Shown here: positions 19,034-28,388 of the stretch, one piece after another
How the letters are laid out: each line of letters begins with the position of its first letter
Position numbering within the stretch: position 1 is the stretch's first letter
NCBI GenBank assembly: GCA_017651045.1
Contig: JAGCDT010000106.1
Coordinates: 1 to 48,173 of the forward strand
DNA from: Bacteroidales bacterium
Lineage (GTDB): Bacteria; Bacteroidota; Bacteroidia; Bacteroidales; UBA932
Reading direction: 5' to 3'
Length of the DNA stretch: 48,173 nucleotides
Program-made: the position numbers and the translations under genes
Notes under the pieces: generated by a model
Seen by the model: the letters and a program-made list of their open reading frames with translations, nothing else
Database searches by the model: none
What the model was told of the DNA's origin: nothing

Positions 19034-19363
19034 ATGAGCAAGAATTATCAAACAGAACAATCTGAGTTGCGCGACCTGATTAAAAGGCTGAATGAATTAG
19101 ATGAAAAGGATTTGGTAGAGGCGAATATGGATGAATTCTATGAGATTGAAAGCTCTGTGCAGGATATTGAATCTCAGATGGGAGGAATATATGATATGGA
19201 TGGTGGGGAATATCTAGATAGACTCATAGAAAGAGCAAAAAGAATCATAAAGCGAATCAAGAGCAATTATTCTCTCTACGATGAAGATGAAGAGTGGGAT
19301 GATATGTTTCCAAATCAGGATAACGACGATGATGAAGATGCTAATTCTTTTCCCGATTATTGA
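19034..19363 (+). CDS. Highly acidic hypothetical protein
   Basis: 109 aa with 33 D/E and 12 K/R; starts 4 nt after the preceding stop. Confidence 0.75.
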   Translation: MSKNYQTEQSELRDLIKRLNELDEKDLVEANMDEFYEIESSVQDIESQMGGIYDMDGGEYLDRLIERAKRIIKRIKSNYSLYDEDEEWDDMFPNQDNDDDEDANSFPDY

Positions 19364-19432
19364 TGTTGTCGTATTTACCGCTTATATGATTTCCTGAAAT
19401 TCACCTGCGGCGGCGATGTGGCTTGGAGGTAA

Positions 19433-19572
19433 TGCGACCCGCAAAAATCGACTGGGATTTGCGGGTCGTGTCGTGAACGAAAATTAAGAACGGCGCTGGA
19501 GGGGGATAGGATGGCGGTCTTGCATTGAGGTGTTGAGCTGTCCCGCAAGTTTTGAGCATTTTTTGCGGGTCG
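19433..19572. repeat. Pair of related palindromes (cgacccgcaaa / tttgcgggtcg)
   Basis: 11-bp perfect stem at 19435-19445/19458-19468; degenerate second copy at 19542-19548/19563-19569. Confidence 0.65.
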
Positions 19573-19594
19573 ACTCGCGCGTGTGACGCGAAGG

Positions 19595-19668
19595 AGATTT
19601 CTCCGCGCGCTTCGCTTGGTCGAAATGACAACACGGAGATACACTCGGCCTGAAGGCCTCGGTATGAC
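19595..19668 (-). repeat. Two tandem REP-like palindromes (GTCAT...ATCT type)
   Basis: Minus strand: gtcataccgaggccttcaggccgagtgtatct (19637-19668) and gtcatttcgaccaagcgaagcgcgcggagaaatct (19595-19629). Confidence 0.7.
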
Positions 19669-19701
19669 AGCAGAACCTTAGGATGTCAAGCGGAAGCGGA
19701 G

Positions 19702-19820
19702 GGAAGTGTTGGTGCTGAAACCTGTGGCCGCCCGTGGCCTCATGAACGGGCCTGACTGCGACCGAAGGGAGCTGGGGACGAAGAACCGAAGGTTCGAAGG
19801 GTTTCAGCACCAACACTTCC
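19702..19820. repeat. 119-bp element with 21-bp perfect terminal inverted repeats (MITE-like)
   Basis: ggaagtgttggtgctgaaacc (19702-19722) is the exact reverse complement of ggtttcagcaccaacacttcc (19800-19820). Confidence 0.75.
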
Positions 19821-19838
19821 TGCAGCGGCAGCGGCGCT

Positions 19839-19869
19839 TTTGATACTGCGTGAAAAATTATTATATTTG
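19839..19869 (+). promoter_or_regulatory. Bacteroidetes -33/-7 promoter of the upp operon
   Basis: TTTG (19839-19842), 19-nt spacer, TATATTTG (19862-19869). Confidence 0.75.
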
Positions 19870-19893
19870 TAGTTGTCACAAAAGCGCTGATTT

Positions 19894-20547
19894 ATGAAAG
19901 TTATCAATCTCGGAGAAAAGGACTCTGTCCTCAACAACTTCGTCGCGGAAATGCGCGACATCAAGATTCAGAAAGACAGCCTTCGCTTCCGCACCAATCT
20001 GGAGCGCCTGGGGTCCATATTCGCATATGAGATTTCCAAGACGCTGTCCTACAGTGCGAAGCAGGTGACGACCCCTCTCGGGATCGCCGATGTCCCGACC
20101 TCCGACACTCCGGTCGTCATTTCGACGATCCTCCGTGCCGGCCTTCCTCTCCACAAGGGCCTTCACGATTTCTTCGATCACGCCGGATCAGCCTTCGTCG
20201 CCGCTTTCCGCAAGTACGGCAAAGGCGACCATTTCGAGATCAACATCGAGTACTGCACCTGCCCTCCGCTTGAAGGCAAGTGCCTTATCCTTGCCGACCC
20301 GATGCTGGCAACAGGCTCCTCGATCCTCCTTGCCTATGGTAAGCTCATAGAGCAGGGCGGAGAGCCGGCCTCCACGCATTTCGTTTGCCCGATCGCCAGC
20401 CGCTATGCGGTTGAAGATCTCAGCAAGACCCTCCCCGACAACGTGACCCTCTGGGTTGCCGCAATCGATGAGGAGCTGACCAGCCACAGCTACATTGTTC
20501 CCGGTCTCGGCGACGCCGGCGACCTTGCTTTCGGCGAAAAACTATGA
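19894..20547 (+). CDS. upp: Uracil phosphoribosyltransferase
   Basis: ILRAGL, ADPMLATGSS, YIVPGLGDAGD. Confidence 0.97.
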   Translation: MKVINLGEKDSVLNNFVAEMRDIKIQKDSLRFRTNLERLGSIFAYEISKTLSYSAKQVTTPLGIADVPTSDTPVVISTILRAGLPLHKGLHDFFDHAGSAFVAAFRKYGKGDHFEINIEYCTCPPLEGKCLILADPMLATGSSILLAYGKLIEQGGEPASTHFVCPIASRYAVEDLSKTLPDNVTLWVAAIDEELTSHSYIVPGLGDAGDLAFGEKL

Positions 20548-21011
20548 AACTCTTCCGAGGAATACTGCTTCTGTTGCTTGCCGCGACCCTTCTCTGGGGT
20601 TGTGGCGACATCAAGAATGTCAACAACATCAAGCTGTCCTCCTGCGGAGTCAAATACATCACCCCGACCAGCCTCCGTTCCATGACCGGAGTCCTTCTGC
20701 TGGAGATCGACAATCCTTCGTTTAATTTCACCGTCTCCGACGTCGAAGGCTGTGTCAAGTTCTCCGACAGGAAGATGCTCCTTTTCACGGCGGGCGAAGT
20801 GCCGGTCCAGCGCCACTCCATCCAGGTGTATGAGCTCCCCTGCACGGTGACTCTCGCCGACAAGGTCTCATATCTCGACATCATGGCCATCGCAGCCAAG
20901 TCTTCCTACGAAGGGCTCACGGCCGATGTCGACCTCCGGGTGACTCTCAAGAGCGGAGTAGGCACGACCCTGCGTTATAAAGACATCGATTTGAGCCAGA
21001 TATCGCAATGA
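20544..21011 (+). CDS. Lipoprotein, LEA type 2/WHy-like domain
   Basis: Lipobox LWGC, LLLEIDNPS motif, beta-rich sequence. Confidence 0.6.
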   Translation: MKLFRGILLLLLAATLLWGCGDIKNVNNIKLSSCGVKYITPTSLRSMTGVLLLEIDNPSFNFTVSDVEGCVKFSDRKMLLFTAGEVPVQRHSIQVYELPCTVTLADKVSYLDIMAIAAKSSYEGLTADVDLRVTLKSGVGTTLRYKDIDLSQISQ

Positions 21012-21484
21012 GAAGATTCCTTATAATATTACTGCTATCGCTGATCCCTTCTGCCCTCATGGCCCAGGAGTTCACGACCGACAGCCTCAGCCTTGCCGAC
21101 GCCGTGGACTCGACCCTTGTGGGCAAGGACGTGCTCAGCGTCATCAAGGCATCCGGGACCTCGCGCGTCAATCAGAGCGCTGCCATGGCTTCGGCGCTTT
21201 CCCGTTATATTTCGGCCAACGCCTCATCCTCCAAGCCCGGCTACCGCATCCGTGTCTATTACGACAGCCAGCAGAGTTCCCGCGGCGTTTCCGACGCCAT
21301 CGCGAAGTCCATATCCAACGACTATCCCGATGTCCGCGTCTACCGCACCTATGAAAACCCCAATTTCAAGGTCACCGTGGGCGATTTCAGGACAAAGGAC
21401 GAAGCCCTGAAGGTCTTCACCGAGCTGAAAGCCATCTATCCCGGCGCGTTCCTCATCAGAGATAATATCAATTATCCGAACTAA
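21008..21484 (+). CDS. SPOR domain-containing protein
   Basis: Signal peptide; GYRIRVY...PNFKVTVGDFRTKDEA...YPGAF. Confidence 0.85.
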   Translation: MRRFLIILLLSLIPSALMAQEFTTDSLSLADAVDSTLVGKDVLSVIKASGTSRVNQSAAMASALSRYISANASSSKPGYRIRVYYDSQQSSRGVSDAIAKSISNDYPDVRVYRTYENPNFKVTVGDFRTKDEALKVFTELKAIYPGAFLIRDNINYPN

Positions 21485-22936
21485 ATGCTCAAGCAGGGGT
21501 TAGAACAGAAGCAGACTCAGAGGCTCTCGCCTCTCCAGATCCAGACCATCAAGCTCATCGAGCTTCCGGTCCAGGAGCTTGAGCAGCGCGTGAGGGAAGA
21601 GCTCAACAACAACCCCGTCATCGACGACACCCCCCAGAGCGGTGGCGATGACTCTCCGAAGGATGTCTCCATCTCCGAAATGGAGGAGAAGGAGACCAGC
21701 GGCGGAAGCGCCGAGGAGGCCTATTCCTCCTACACCGACGACGATCCGACCCCTTACTACAACCGCAGCATCCGCAACTGGGGCAAGGATGAGCGCCCAG
21801 AATACAACACCTTCTCTGTCCACCAGAGCTTCACCCAGAGCCTCGAAGAGCAGCTCGGTTTCCGCAATCTGACCGATCACGAGAGGACCGTGGCATCGTT
21901 CATTATCGGCAGCCTCGACGACTACGGCTATCTTCGCCGCGACATAGAGTCGCTTATCGACGACATGGCTTTCATCGGGGTCAACACCAATGAGAAGGAA
22001 GTTGAGAAAATGATATCCGTGGTGCAGGAATTCGAACCCTCCGGGGTCGGCGCCAGGGATTTGAGGGAGTGCCTTCTGATCCAGCTGGAAGACAAGAAAC
22101 GGACCCCCACCATCGAGAACGCCATCCGCATCCTCAAGGAATCCTTCGACGACTTCTCGAGCCACCATTTCCGCCACCTGATGGCAAAATATCGCCTTTC
22201 AGAGGATGAGATGAAGGATGTCCTCCGCGAGATCCAGCGCCTCAACCCCCATCCCGGCGGTCAGGTGGAGGATTCATATGAAGACCGTGCTCAGCAGATA
22301 ATCCCGGATTTCAACCTGGACTACGACGGGGGAGAGTTCATCCTCACGATGCCCCGTTTCTCAATCCCTGAGCTTCGCATAAGCCATAAATATTCCGAAA
22401 TTCTCGAGACCTCCCGCTACTCCGACAAGCCGGAGCAGAAGGAAGCCGCGACTTTCGTCAAGCAGAAGATCGATTCCGCGAAATGGTTCATCGAGGCGCT
22501 CCGTCAGAGGCAGAACACCCTGGAGAGCACCATGAAAGCCATCGTGGAGTACCAGAAGGACTATTTCGCCGATGGCGACGAGTCTTCCCTCCGCCCGATG
22601 GTGCTGAAGGACATCGCCGAGATGACCGGCTTCGACATCTCCACGATCTCCCGAGTCGTCAATTCAAAATACGTCGAGACCCATTTCGGCATATTCCCGC
22701 TCAAGTACTTCTTCTCCGAAGGTCTTGAGAACAGCGATGGCGAGGAAGTCTCCACAAGGGAGATCAAGAAGGAGCTCAAGGCCCTTGTCGATGCCGAAGA
22801 CAAGCACAATCCTCTCACCGACGACGAGCTTGTCGACGCCCTTTCCGCGAAAGGCTACAAGGTCGCCCGCCGTACGGTCGCCAAATACCGCGCCCTCCTC
22901 GACATCCCCAAAGCCCGTCTTCGCCATTCATTGTAA
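21485..22936 (+). CDS. rpoN: RNA polymerase sigma-54 factor
   Basis: Q/L-rich region I, PSGVGARDLRECL, STISRV, RpoN box ARRTVAKYR. Confidence 0.97.
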   Translation: MLKQGLEQKQTQRLSPLQIQTIKLIELPVQELEQRVREELNNNPVIDDTPQSGGDDSPKDVSISEMEEKETSGGSAEEAYSSYTDDDPTPYYNRSIRNWGKDERPEYNTFSVHQSFTQSLEEQLGFRNLTDHERTVASFIIGSLDDYGYLRRDIESLIDDMAFIGVNTNEKEVEKMISVVQEFEPSGVGARDLRECLLIQLEDKKRTPTIENAIRILKESFDDFSSHHFRHLMAKYRLSEDEMKDVLREIQRLNPHPGGQVEDSYEDRAQQIIPDFNLDYDGGEFILTMPRFSIPELRISHKYSEILETSRYSDKPEQKEAATFVKQKIDSAKWFIEALRQRQNTLESTMKAIVEYQKDYFADGDESSLRPMVLKDIAEMTGFDISTISRVVNSKYVETHFGIFPLKYFFSEGLENSDGEEVSTREIKKELKALVDAEDKHNPLTDDELVDALSAKGYKVARRTVAKYRALLDIPKARLRHSL

Positions 22937-22962
22937 GCACGAACGGTCAAAAAAACAGAGAT

Positions 22963-24276
22963 TTGAAAAGATTGACAGCATATGTTGAAACCTACGGATG
23001 CCAGATGAACGTGGCGGACACGGAGGTCATTTTTTCCATACTTTCAAAAGCCGGATTCGAGAGGACTTCCTCAATGGAGGAGGCTGATCTTATCATGGCC
23101 AACACGTGCTCCATCCGCGACAATGCAGAGCAGAGGATATGGGGCCGTATCAAGCAGTTCTCCCAGCAGAAAAAAGCCCGTAAGGACGTGCTGGTGGGGA
23201 TTGTCGGGTGTATGGCTGAAAGGCTGAAAGAAAAATTGCTGGAATCGGGTGAAGTGGATATAGTGGCCGGCCCCGACGCTTACAGGCGTCTGCCGGATCT
23301 CATCGCGGCGGTGAAGCCGTCCTCGCCGCAGATAGACGTGCTGCTGTCCCGCGACGAGACCTACGCCGACATCACTCCCGTCCGCACGGACACCAACGGT
23401 GTCTCGGCCTTCATCTCAATCATGAGAGGTTGCAACAATGTCTGCTCCTACTGCGTGGTGCCTTACACCCGCGGGGCGGAGCGCTCTCGCGACCCTCATA
23501 CGATAGTCCGCGAGGCCTGCGACGTGTTCTCCAAAGGCTATAAGGAAGTGACCCTGCTGGGGCAGAATGTCGATTCATATCGCTTTGGCGACGTGACCTT
23601 CGCCGACCTTCTCGGCATGGTGGCCGATGTCAGCCCTGAGCTTCGCGTGCGTTTCTCCACATCTCATCCTAAGGACATCAGCGACGAGGTCATCGCAATG
23701 ATGGCTTCCCGCGAGAATATATGCCATCATATCCACCTTCCTGTCCAGTCTGGCAACGACCGCATCCTCGAAAAGATGCGCCGCCGCTACACCAGGGAGT
23801 GGTATCTCGAGAGGATTGCCGCCATCAGGCGTGCAATGCCCGATTGCGGCATCACTACGGATGTCATCGCCGGCTTCTGCTCCGAAACGGAGGAGGAGCA
23901 CAGGGACACACTTTCGCTCATGGAAGAAGTCGGGTTCGACTGGGCCTTCATGTTCGCCTACAGTGAGCGCCCCGGGACCCTCGCTGCGAGAAATTATCCC
24001 GACGACGTGCCTGCGGAAGTCAAGACGCGCAGGCTCAACGAGATCATCGACCTTCAGAACCGCAAGAGCCTCGAGAGCTACCGCCGCGACATCGGCAAGA
24101 CTCTGAAAGTGCTCGTCGAGGGGCCTTCAAAGCGCGATCCCTCGCAGCTTTGCGGCCGTGCCGGTTCCAGCAAGATGTGCGTATTCCCCGCCGGGGATTA
24201 CAAGCCAGGCGACTACGTCGATGTCATCGTGCGCGACTGCACAAGCGCGACCCTTATCTGTGATTTAACCACATAA
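22963..24276 (+). CDS. miaB: tRNA-2-methylthio-N6-dimethylallyladenosine synthase
   Basis: TYGCQMN, NTCSIR, GCMAE, radical SAM motif CNNVCSYC, C-terminal TRAM domain; TTG start. Confidence 0.95.
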   Translation: MKRLTAYVETYGCQMNVADTEVIFSILSKAGFERTSSMEEADLIMANTCSIRDNAEQRIWGRIKQFSQQKKARKDVLVGIVGCMAERLKEKLLESGEVDIVAGPDAYRRLPDLIAAVKPSSPQIDVLLSRDETYADITPVRTDTNGVSAFISIMRGCNNVCSYCVVPYTRGAERSRDPHTIVREACDVFSKGYKEVTLLGQNVDSYRFGDVTFADLLGMVADVSPELRVRFSTSHPKDISDEVIAMMASRENICHHIHLPVQSGNDRILEKMRRRYTREWYLERIAAIRRAMPDCGITTDVIAGFCSETEEEHRDTLSLMEEVGFDWAFMFAYSERPGTLAARNYPDDVPAEVKTRRLNEIIDLQNRKSLESYRRDIGKTLKVLVEGPSKRDPSQLCGRAGSSKMCVFPAGDYKPGDYVDVIVRDCTSATLICDLTT

Positions 24277-24278
24277 TT

Positions 24279-25763
24279 ATGAAAAAATACATTCTTGCCC
24301 TTGATCAGGGCACAAGTTCTTCGAGAGCGATAGTCTTCGACAGGGAAGGCCGCATCTGCTCGGTTGCCCAGAAGGAATTCACCCAGCATTTCCCCGAGCC
24401 GGGCCGCGTGGAGCATAATCCGCTCGACATCTGGTCCTCTGAAGCCGCCGTGATCGCGGAAGCCATCACTTCGCTCGGCATCAACGGCCTCGACATCGCC
24501 GCCATAGGCATCACCAACCAGCGCGAGACGACTATCGTCTGGGATGCCGAGACAGGTGAGCCTGTCTTCAATGCCATCGTCTGGCAGGACCGCCGCACTT
24601 CGTCGTACTGCGATTCATTGAAGGACGAGGGCTTGACGGATTTCATCCGTTCCAAGACGGGGCTTATCATCGACGCTTATTTCTCCGCCACGAAGATACG
24701 CTGGATACTCGAGAACGTCCCCGGCGCGAGGGAGAGGGCGGAAGCCGGCAAGCTCCGCTTCGGCACTGTCGACACTTGGCTGATATGGAACCTCACCCGC
24801 GGCGAGGTCCACGTGACCGACGTGAGCAACGCCTCCAGGACGATGCTCTTCAATATCCACACTCTCGCGTGGGATCCCGAGCTCCTCGAGCTTTTCGGCA
24901 TCCCCGAGAGCATGATGCCTGAGGTGAAGTCCTCCTCCGAGGTCTATGGCTACACGAAGACGACGCTATTTGCCCACGAGGTACCCATCGCCGGCATCGC
25001 AGGCGACCAGCAGGCCGCTCTGTTCGGCCAGATGTGCACCGCCCCCGGCAGTGTCAAGAACACCTACGGGACCGGATGCTTCCTCCTCATGAACACGGGA
25101 GAAAAGCCCATCCTTTCCAAGAACAACCTCCTTACGACGGTTGCATGGAAGGTCGCCGGCAAGGTCAACTACGCCCTTGAGGGCTCGATTTTCGTCGGCG
25201 GCAGCGTCGTGCAGTGGCTGCGCGACTCTCTCGGAGTCATACGTTCCTCTTCCGAGGTTGAGGCTCTCGCCTCCAAGGTCGAGGACAATGGCGGCGTCTA
25301 CTTCGTCCCTGCCCTGACCGGCCTCGGCGCTCCGTACTGGGACCAGTACGCCCACGGGACAATCACGGGCCTGACTCGTGGCAGCACGGCGGCTCACATC
25401 GCCCGTGCCGCCCTTGAAGGCATCGCTTTCCAGACCTACGACATCGTGAGTGCGATGGAGAAGGACGCCGGCGTCAGGCTCTCTGAGCTGAAGGTCGACG
25501 GCGGCGCCTCCCGCAACAACCTCCTCATGCAGTTCCAGTCCGACATCCTCGGGACTTCGGTCGTCCGTCCTGAAGTGACGGAGACCACCGCCCTCGGCGC
25601 CTGCTATCTCGCAGGCCTCGGAGTCGGCTTCTGGAGCTCGATCGACGAGGTCAGGAGCCAGTGGAAGGCGGAAAGGGTGTTCAGCCCCGAAGCCTCTCCG
25701 GAGAAGGTCTCCGCCCTCAAGGCGGGCTGGAAGGACGCCGTCTCCAGGACGCTGTCAAAGTGA
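24279..25763 (+). CDS. glpK: Glycerol kinase
   Basis: [42 protein letters not shown]. Confidence 0.97.
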   Translation: MKKYILALDQGTSSSRAIVFDREGRICSVAQKEFTQHFPEPGRVEHNPLDIWSSEAAVIAEAITSLGINGLDIAAIGITNQRETTIVWDAETGEPVFNAIVWQDRRTSSYCDSLKDEGLTDFIRSKTGLIIDAYFSATKIRWILENVPGARERAEAGKLRFGTVDTWLIWNLTRGEVHVTDVSNASRTMLFNIHTLAWDPELLELFGIPESMMPEVKSSSEVYGYTKTTLFAHEVPIAGIAGDQQAALFGQMCTAPGSVKNTYGTGCFLLMNTGEKPILSKNNLLTTVAWKVAGKVNYALEGSIFVGGSVVQWLRDSLGVIRSSSEVEALASKVEDNGGVYFVPALTGLGAPYWDQYAHGTITGLTRGSTAAHIARAALEGIAFQTYDIVSAMEKDAGVRLSELKVDGGASRNNLLMQFQSDILGTSVVRPEVTETTALGACYLAGLGVGFWSSIDEVRSQWKAERVFSPEASPEKVSALKAGWKDAVSRTLSK

Positions 25764-26447
25764 GGATCTGTACTCTCTTCCGTCTGCAAAACTGTAGAAC
25801 TTACGGCCCGATATAATCACGTGGTCCACTAGTTCTACCCCCAGCACGTCAAGCGATTGTTTTAGCCGCGTCGTCTCTTCAATGTCGGCGCGGCTCGGCT
25901 TTGTCGTCCCTCCGGGGTGATTGTGGATAAGGATTATCCCTGCAGCCTTCTTTTCGAGGATCTTGGATGCGATCTGCCGGACGTCAATGACGGTGGATTC
26001 AAATCCGCCGACGGTAATCCTTTCCTCGCATATCGGGGCATTGGATTTCGACAGATGGATGATCCAGCATTCCTCGTGGTCGAGATGTCCCAGATGCGGC
26101 CCGGCGATGCGGTAAACGTCCTTCGGCGTCGTTATAGGAGGCCTTTCTGAGACATTCTCTTCGAGGAAAGCCCTTCGTCCAAGCTCCAGCGCCGCCAGCA
26201 CGGTAATAGCCTTCGTCTGGCCCATCCCGTCGATCCTCATCAGCTCTCCGGGGGAGCGCCCCGCCAGCGTTGACAGTTTCCACTGCGATTCTCTCAGCAG
26301 CTCTCTCGCAACATCCAGCGCGTTCTTCTCCTTCGTCCCCGTCCCCAGCAGCACAGCTATCAGCTCCCCGTCAGACAGCGCCTCCGCACCTCTTGTCAAC
26401 ATTTTCTCCCTCGGCCTCTCTTCCGGGTTCATATTCATCATTTTCAT
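25755..26447 (-). CDS. radC: RadC/JAB-domain protein
   Basis: ERPREK...[15 protein letters not shown], HhH region, HNHPGG...PSRAD, DHVII. Confidence 0.93.
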   Translation of the reverse strand: MKMMNMNPEERPREKMLTRGAEALSDGELIAVLLGTGTKEKNALDVARELLRESQWKLSTLAGRSPGELMRIDGMGQTKAITVLAALELGRRAFLEENVSERPPITTPKDVYRIAGPHLGHLDHEECWIIHLSKSNAPICEERITVGGFESTVIDVRQIASKILEKKAAGIILIHNHPGGTTKPSRADIEETTRLKQSLDVLGVELVDHVIISGRKFYSFADGREYRSSL

Positions 26448-26584
26448 AGCCGCGAATATATGTTTCCGAAACAGAATTCGGTATAAAAAACAAAAAAACC
26501 TGCACGAAATTTTTGTTTTTTAAATACCCCTTCCGTTTTGAAAGATGATTTAATGATGCTATTTTTGTGAAATAAGTTGAAGAT

Positions 26585-28366
26585 ATGGCACGTGAGATAA
26601 AGTTTTCGCTCGTTTACCGTGATATGTGGCAGTCTTCGGGTAAGTATGTCCCGAGAGTTGACCAGCTTATGGAGGTGGCGCCTTCGATTATCGATATGGG
26701 CTGCTTCGACCGCGTAGAGACCAACGGCGGTGCGTTCGAACAGGTCAATCTCCTTTTCGGGGAGAACCCCAACATCGCCGTCCGTCGTTGGACCGCGCCT
26801 TTCCACAAGGCCGGCATTCAGACCCACATGCTTGAGCGTGGTCTCAACGCCCTGCGCATGAATCCGGTCCCTGCGGATGTCCGCGAGCTCATGTTCAAGG
26901 TCAAGAAGGCGCAGGGGACGGACATCGCCCGCTCCTTCTGCGGCCTCAACGACCACCGCAACCTCAAGGGCAGCGTCGAAGGCGCCCGCAAGGCCGGCAT
27001 GGTGTCCCAGGTGGCGCTTTCAATCACCAATTCTCCCGTCCACACGGTCGAGTACTATCTCGGCGTCGTCGACAAGGTCGTCGAATACGGCGCTCAGGAG
27101 ATCTGCCTTAAGGACATGGCAGGCATCGGCAGGCCGACCTTCCTCGGCAAGCTGGTCGCCGGCATCAAGAAGAAATATCCCCACATCAAGGTCCAATATC
27201 ATGGCCACACCGGTCCCGGATTCTCCTCCGCATCGATGCTCGAGGTCGCGAGGGCCGGCGCAGATTATCTCGATGTCGCCGTAGATCCCCTTTCCTGGGG
27301 CAAGGTCCACCCGGATGTCATCACCATCCGCGAGATGATGAAAGCCGACGGCTTCCTCGTCAAGGACCTCAATATGGACGCTTATATGGAGGTCAGGCGC
27401 CTGACCCAGAAGTTCATCGACGATTTCCTCGGCTATTGGATCAATCCGACCAACTCGAGGATGTCGTCGCTCCTTGTCGGCTGCGGCCTCCCGGGAGGCA
27501 TGATCGGCTCCATGATGGCCGACCTCAAGGGCTTCAAGGACGCCATCAACGCCGCCCAAAGGGCCCACGGCCTCCCCGAGATGTCGCTCGACACCCTCAT
27601 GGTCAAGCTCTTCGAGGAGGTCGAGTACGTGTGGCCTAGGCTTGGCTACCCGCCTCTTGTGACGCCCTTCAGCCAGTATGTCAAGAACACCGCCTTGATG
27701 AACATCTTCAACATGGCCAGCGGCAAGCCCCGCTGGAGCACCATCGACAAGGACACCTGGGGCATGATACTCGGCGACATGGGCGCCCTCCCCGGGCCGC
27801 TCGCTCCCGAGATTGTCGAGCTCGCGAAGGAGAAAGGCCTGGAGTTCTCCACCGGAAATCCCCAGGACAACTATCCCGACGAACTGCCGAAATTCCGCGC
27901 CATGATGAAGGAGGAAGGCTGGGACGAGGGCGAAGACGAAGAAGAGCTCTTCGAGTTCGCCATGCACGAGCGGCAGTACCGCGACTATCGTTCCGGAGTC
28001 GCAAAGGAGCGCTTCCTCGCAGAGCTCGAAGAGTTCCGCGAGAAGGCCGGCGCGCCTAAGGTCGTGACCCGCACAGTCGTGGAGTTCCCTTCTTTCGACA
28101 TCGCTTCTTATATGGAGCAGCATCCTTCCGCCGTCGCCATTCAGGCGCCCGTCAAGGGCCAGATGCTCTGGGAAATCGACGTTGACGACGTCTCCAAGGC
28201 CCCTTCAGCCGGCAAGGTCGTCGAGGCTGGCAAGCCTGTCGGCTATGTACAGACCTGGTACGGCCCCGAAGCCGTCGTGCCCGCGGTCTCGGGCAGGATT
28301 ATCATTGCCGTAGCGAAGCAGGGCGCCGAGGTTGAAAAAGGCGAGATAATAGCCCTTATGTCATAG
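26585..28366 (+). CDS. Oxaloacetate decarboxylase alpha / pyruvate carboxylase subunit B-like carboxyltransferase with a degenerate biotinyl domain
   Basis: RDMWQS, GGAFE, ICLKDMAG, HGH, LPGGM, GYPPLVTPFSQ; C-terminal biotinyl/lipoyl-like fold. Confidence 0.85.
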   Translation: MAREIKFSLVYRDMWQSSGKYVPRVDQLMEVAPSIIDMGCFDRVETNGGAFEQVNLLFGENPNIAVRRWTAPFHKAGIQTHMLERGLNALRMNPVPADVRELMFKVKKAQGTDIARSFCGLNDHRNLKGSVEGARKAGMVSQVALSITNSPVHTVEYYLGVVDKVVEYGAQEICLKDMAGIGRPTFLGKLVAGIKKKYPHIKVQYHGHTGPGFSSASMLEVARAGADYLDVAVDPLSWGKVHPDVITIREMMKADGFLVKDLNMDAYMEVRRLTQKFIDDFLGYWINPTNSRMSSLLVGCGLPGGMIGSMMADLKGFKDAINAAQRAHGLPEMSLDTLMVKLFEEVEYVWPRLGYPPLVTPFSQYVKNTALMNIFNMASGKPRWSTIDKDTWGMILGDMGALPGPLAPEIVELAKEKGLEFSTGNPQDNYPDELPKFRAMMKEEGWDEGEDEEELFEFAMHERQYRDYRSGVAKERFLAELEEFREKAGAPKVVTRTVVEFPSFDIASYMEQHPSAVAIQAPVKGQMLWEIDVDDVSKAPSAGKVVEAGKPVGYVQTWYGPEAVVPAVSGRIIIAVAKQGAEVEKGEIIALMS

Positions 28367-28388
28367 ATATTTAACTCAATTATTTGAT

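Larger units (their letters stand above)
13970..19830. mobile_element. Lower-GC accessory islet between ribF and upp (no integrase or transposase seen)
   Basis: Abrupt change to AT-richer sequence and codon usage (38% GC counted over 17641-17820), only hypothetical or surface genes, palindromic repeats at both ends. Confidence 0.6.

Noticed and set aside
19375-19879. Short ORFs across the repeat-rich intergenic region
   Set aside because: They are translations of palindromic repeats with no protein-like features
25755-26447. radC as a marker of a mobile element
   Set aside because: It is the full-length chromosomal form with the N-terminal HhH region, among housekeeping genes and with no mobility genes nearby
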